Shown here: positions 63,361-64,000 of the stretch, piece by piece
How positions within the stretch are numbered: the first letter of the stretch is position 1
Layout of the letters: every line of letters begins with the position of its first letter
Assembly (NCBI GenBank): GCA_020621865.1
Contig: JAHRYW010000013.1
Coordinates: 12,289 to 76,288 of the forward strand
Source: Betaproteobacteria bacterium
Lineage (GTDB): Bacteria; Pseudomonadota; Gammaproteobacteria; Burkholderiales; Rhodocyclaceae
Direction of reading: 5' to 3'
DNA length: 64,000 bases
Translations under genes and position numbers: made by a program
Notes under the pieces: generated by a model
Told to the model about the DNA's origin: nothing
What the model saw: the letters and a program-made list of their open reading frames with translations, nothing else
The model's database searches: none

Positions 63361-64000
63361 ATGAAAACAACAAGATGGCTATGGGCCGCGACCTTGTGCT
63401 GGGGGGCGCTGACCGGAGCGGTGGCCGAGGAGGTGCCGCTGGTCTTTGGCGTGCTCAACCAGCAAAGTCCGCAGTTGACCGCCGAGCGCTGGAATCCGGT
63501 GTTCAACTATCTCAGCGGTGCGACCGGTTACAAGTTCCAACTGCGCATGGGCCAGAACGTCCAGGCGACCAACGCGATGATGGCGCGCGGCGAATTCGAC
63601 CTGGTGTTCACCAACCACAATTTCCGGCAGGAATTCGACGGCGTTTATAAAGTGCTGGCGCGTTGGGGCGATGCCCCGATCTTTGGCGTGCTGGCCGTGC
63701 TTGAGACGAGCCCGGTGCGCCGGCTGAAAGACCTCGACGGACAGCGCGTCGCCTATCCGTCGCAAAACGCCTTCGTCGCCTATGCCATACCCAAGGCGGC
63801 GCTGCGCAAGGCCGGCGTGACCGAGAAGGAAGTGCTGGCCGGCAACCAGGAGGGGGCGCTGGCCCAACTAGCGGCCGGCCAGGTCGAGGCGGTCGGCGTC
63901 AATTCCCGTTTCCTCAGCCAGTACGCAGCGCGCAACGGGCTGCGCTACCGCGAAATCTATACCTCGGCGCCGTATCCGGACCTGGCGGTTCTGGTTCATC
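63361..64000 (+). CDS. PhnD/phosphonate-type ABC substrate-binding protein (partial)
   Basis: RBS aaggag; signal peptide; LVFGVLNQQSPQLTAERWNPVFNYL; open to window end. Confidence 0.8.
   Translation, partial: MKTTRWLWAATLCWGALTGAVAEEVPLVFGVLNQQSPQLTAERWNPVFNYLSGATGYKFQLRMGQNVQATNAMMARGEFDLVFTNHNFRQEFDGVYKVLARWGDAPIFGVLAVLETSPVRRLKDLDGQRVAYPSQNAFVAYAIPKAALRKAGVTEKEVLAGNQEGALAQLAAGQVEAVGVNSRFLSQYAARNGLRYREIYTSAPYPDLAVLVH

Overview
GC-rich betaproteobacterial chromosome; gene content and order suggest Rhodocyclales (Dechloromonas/Azonexus-like), which is an inference. Most of the window is housekeeping: fadL, recG, acuI, tupA, an aldehyde dehydrogenase, the aas/lplT operon, ubiA-ubiD, dacB, CIRCE-controlled groESL, actP, a TctD/E-like two-component system, tRNA-Phe, rsmJ, ppk2, aceE-aceF-lpdA and an FNR-box norE/F-like pair. 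Four things stand out. (1) A non-palindromic ~42-bp motif (core AATGCTACGGTC plus three helically phased A/T tracts) occurs 12 times in both orientations, six times inside genes, and resembles a DNA-uptake signal sequence. (2) An 8.8-kb defective Tn7-like transposon (17445-26226) has a 5-bp GGCGC target duplication, unusual TCT...AGA termini, a phage-like regulatory switch and a low-GC three-gene cargo operon (COMM-domain-like protein disrupted by IS5, unknown protein, metallophosphoesterase). (3) A candidate ~95-nt sRNA divergent from tctD shares promoter architecture with actP and carries an anti-SD seed. (4) A degenerate tRNA-Phe att repeat encloses rsmJ.
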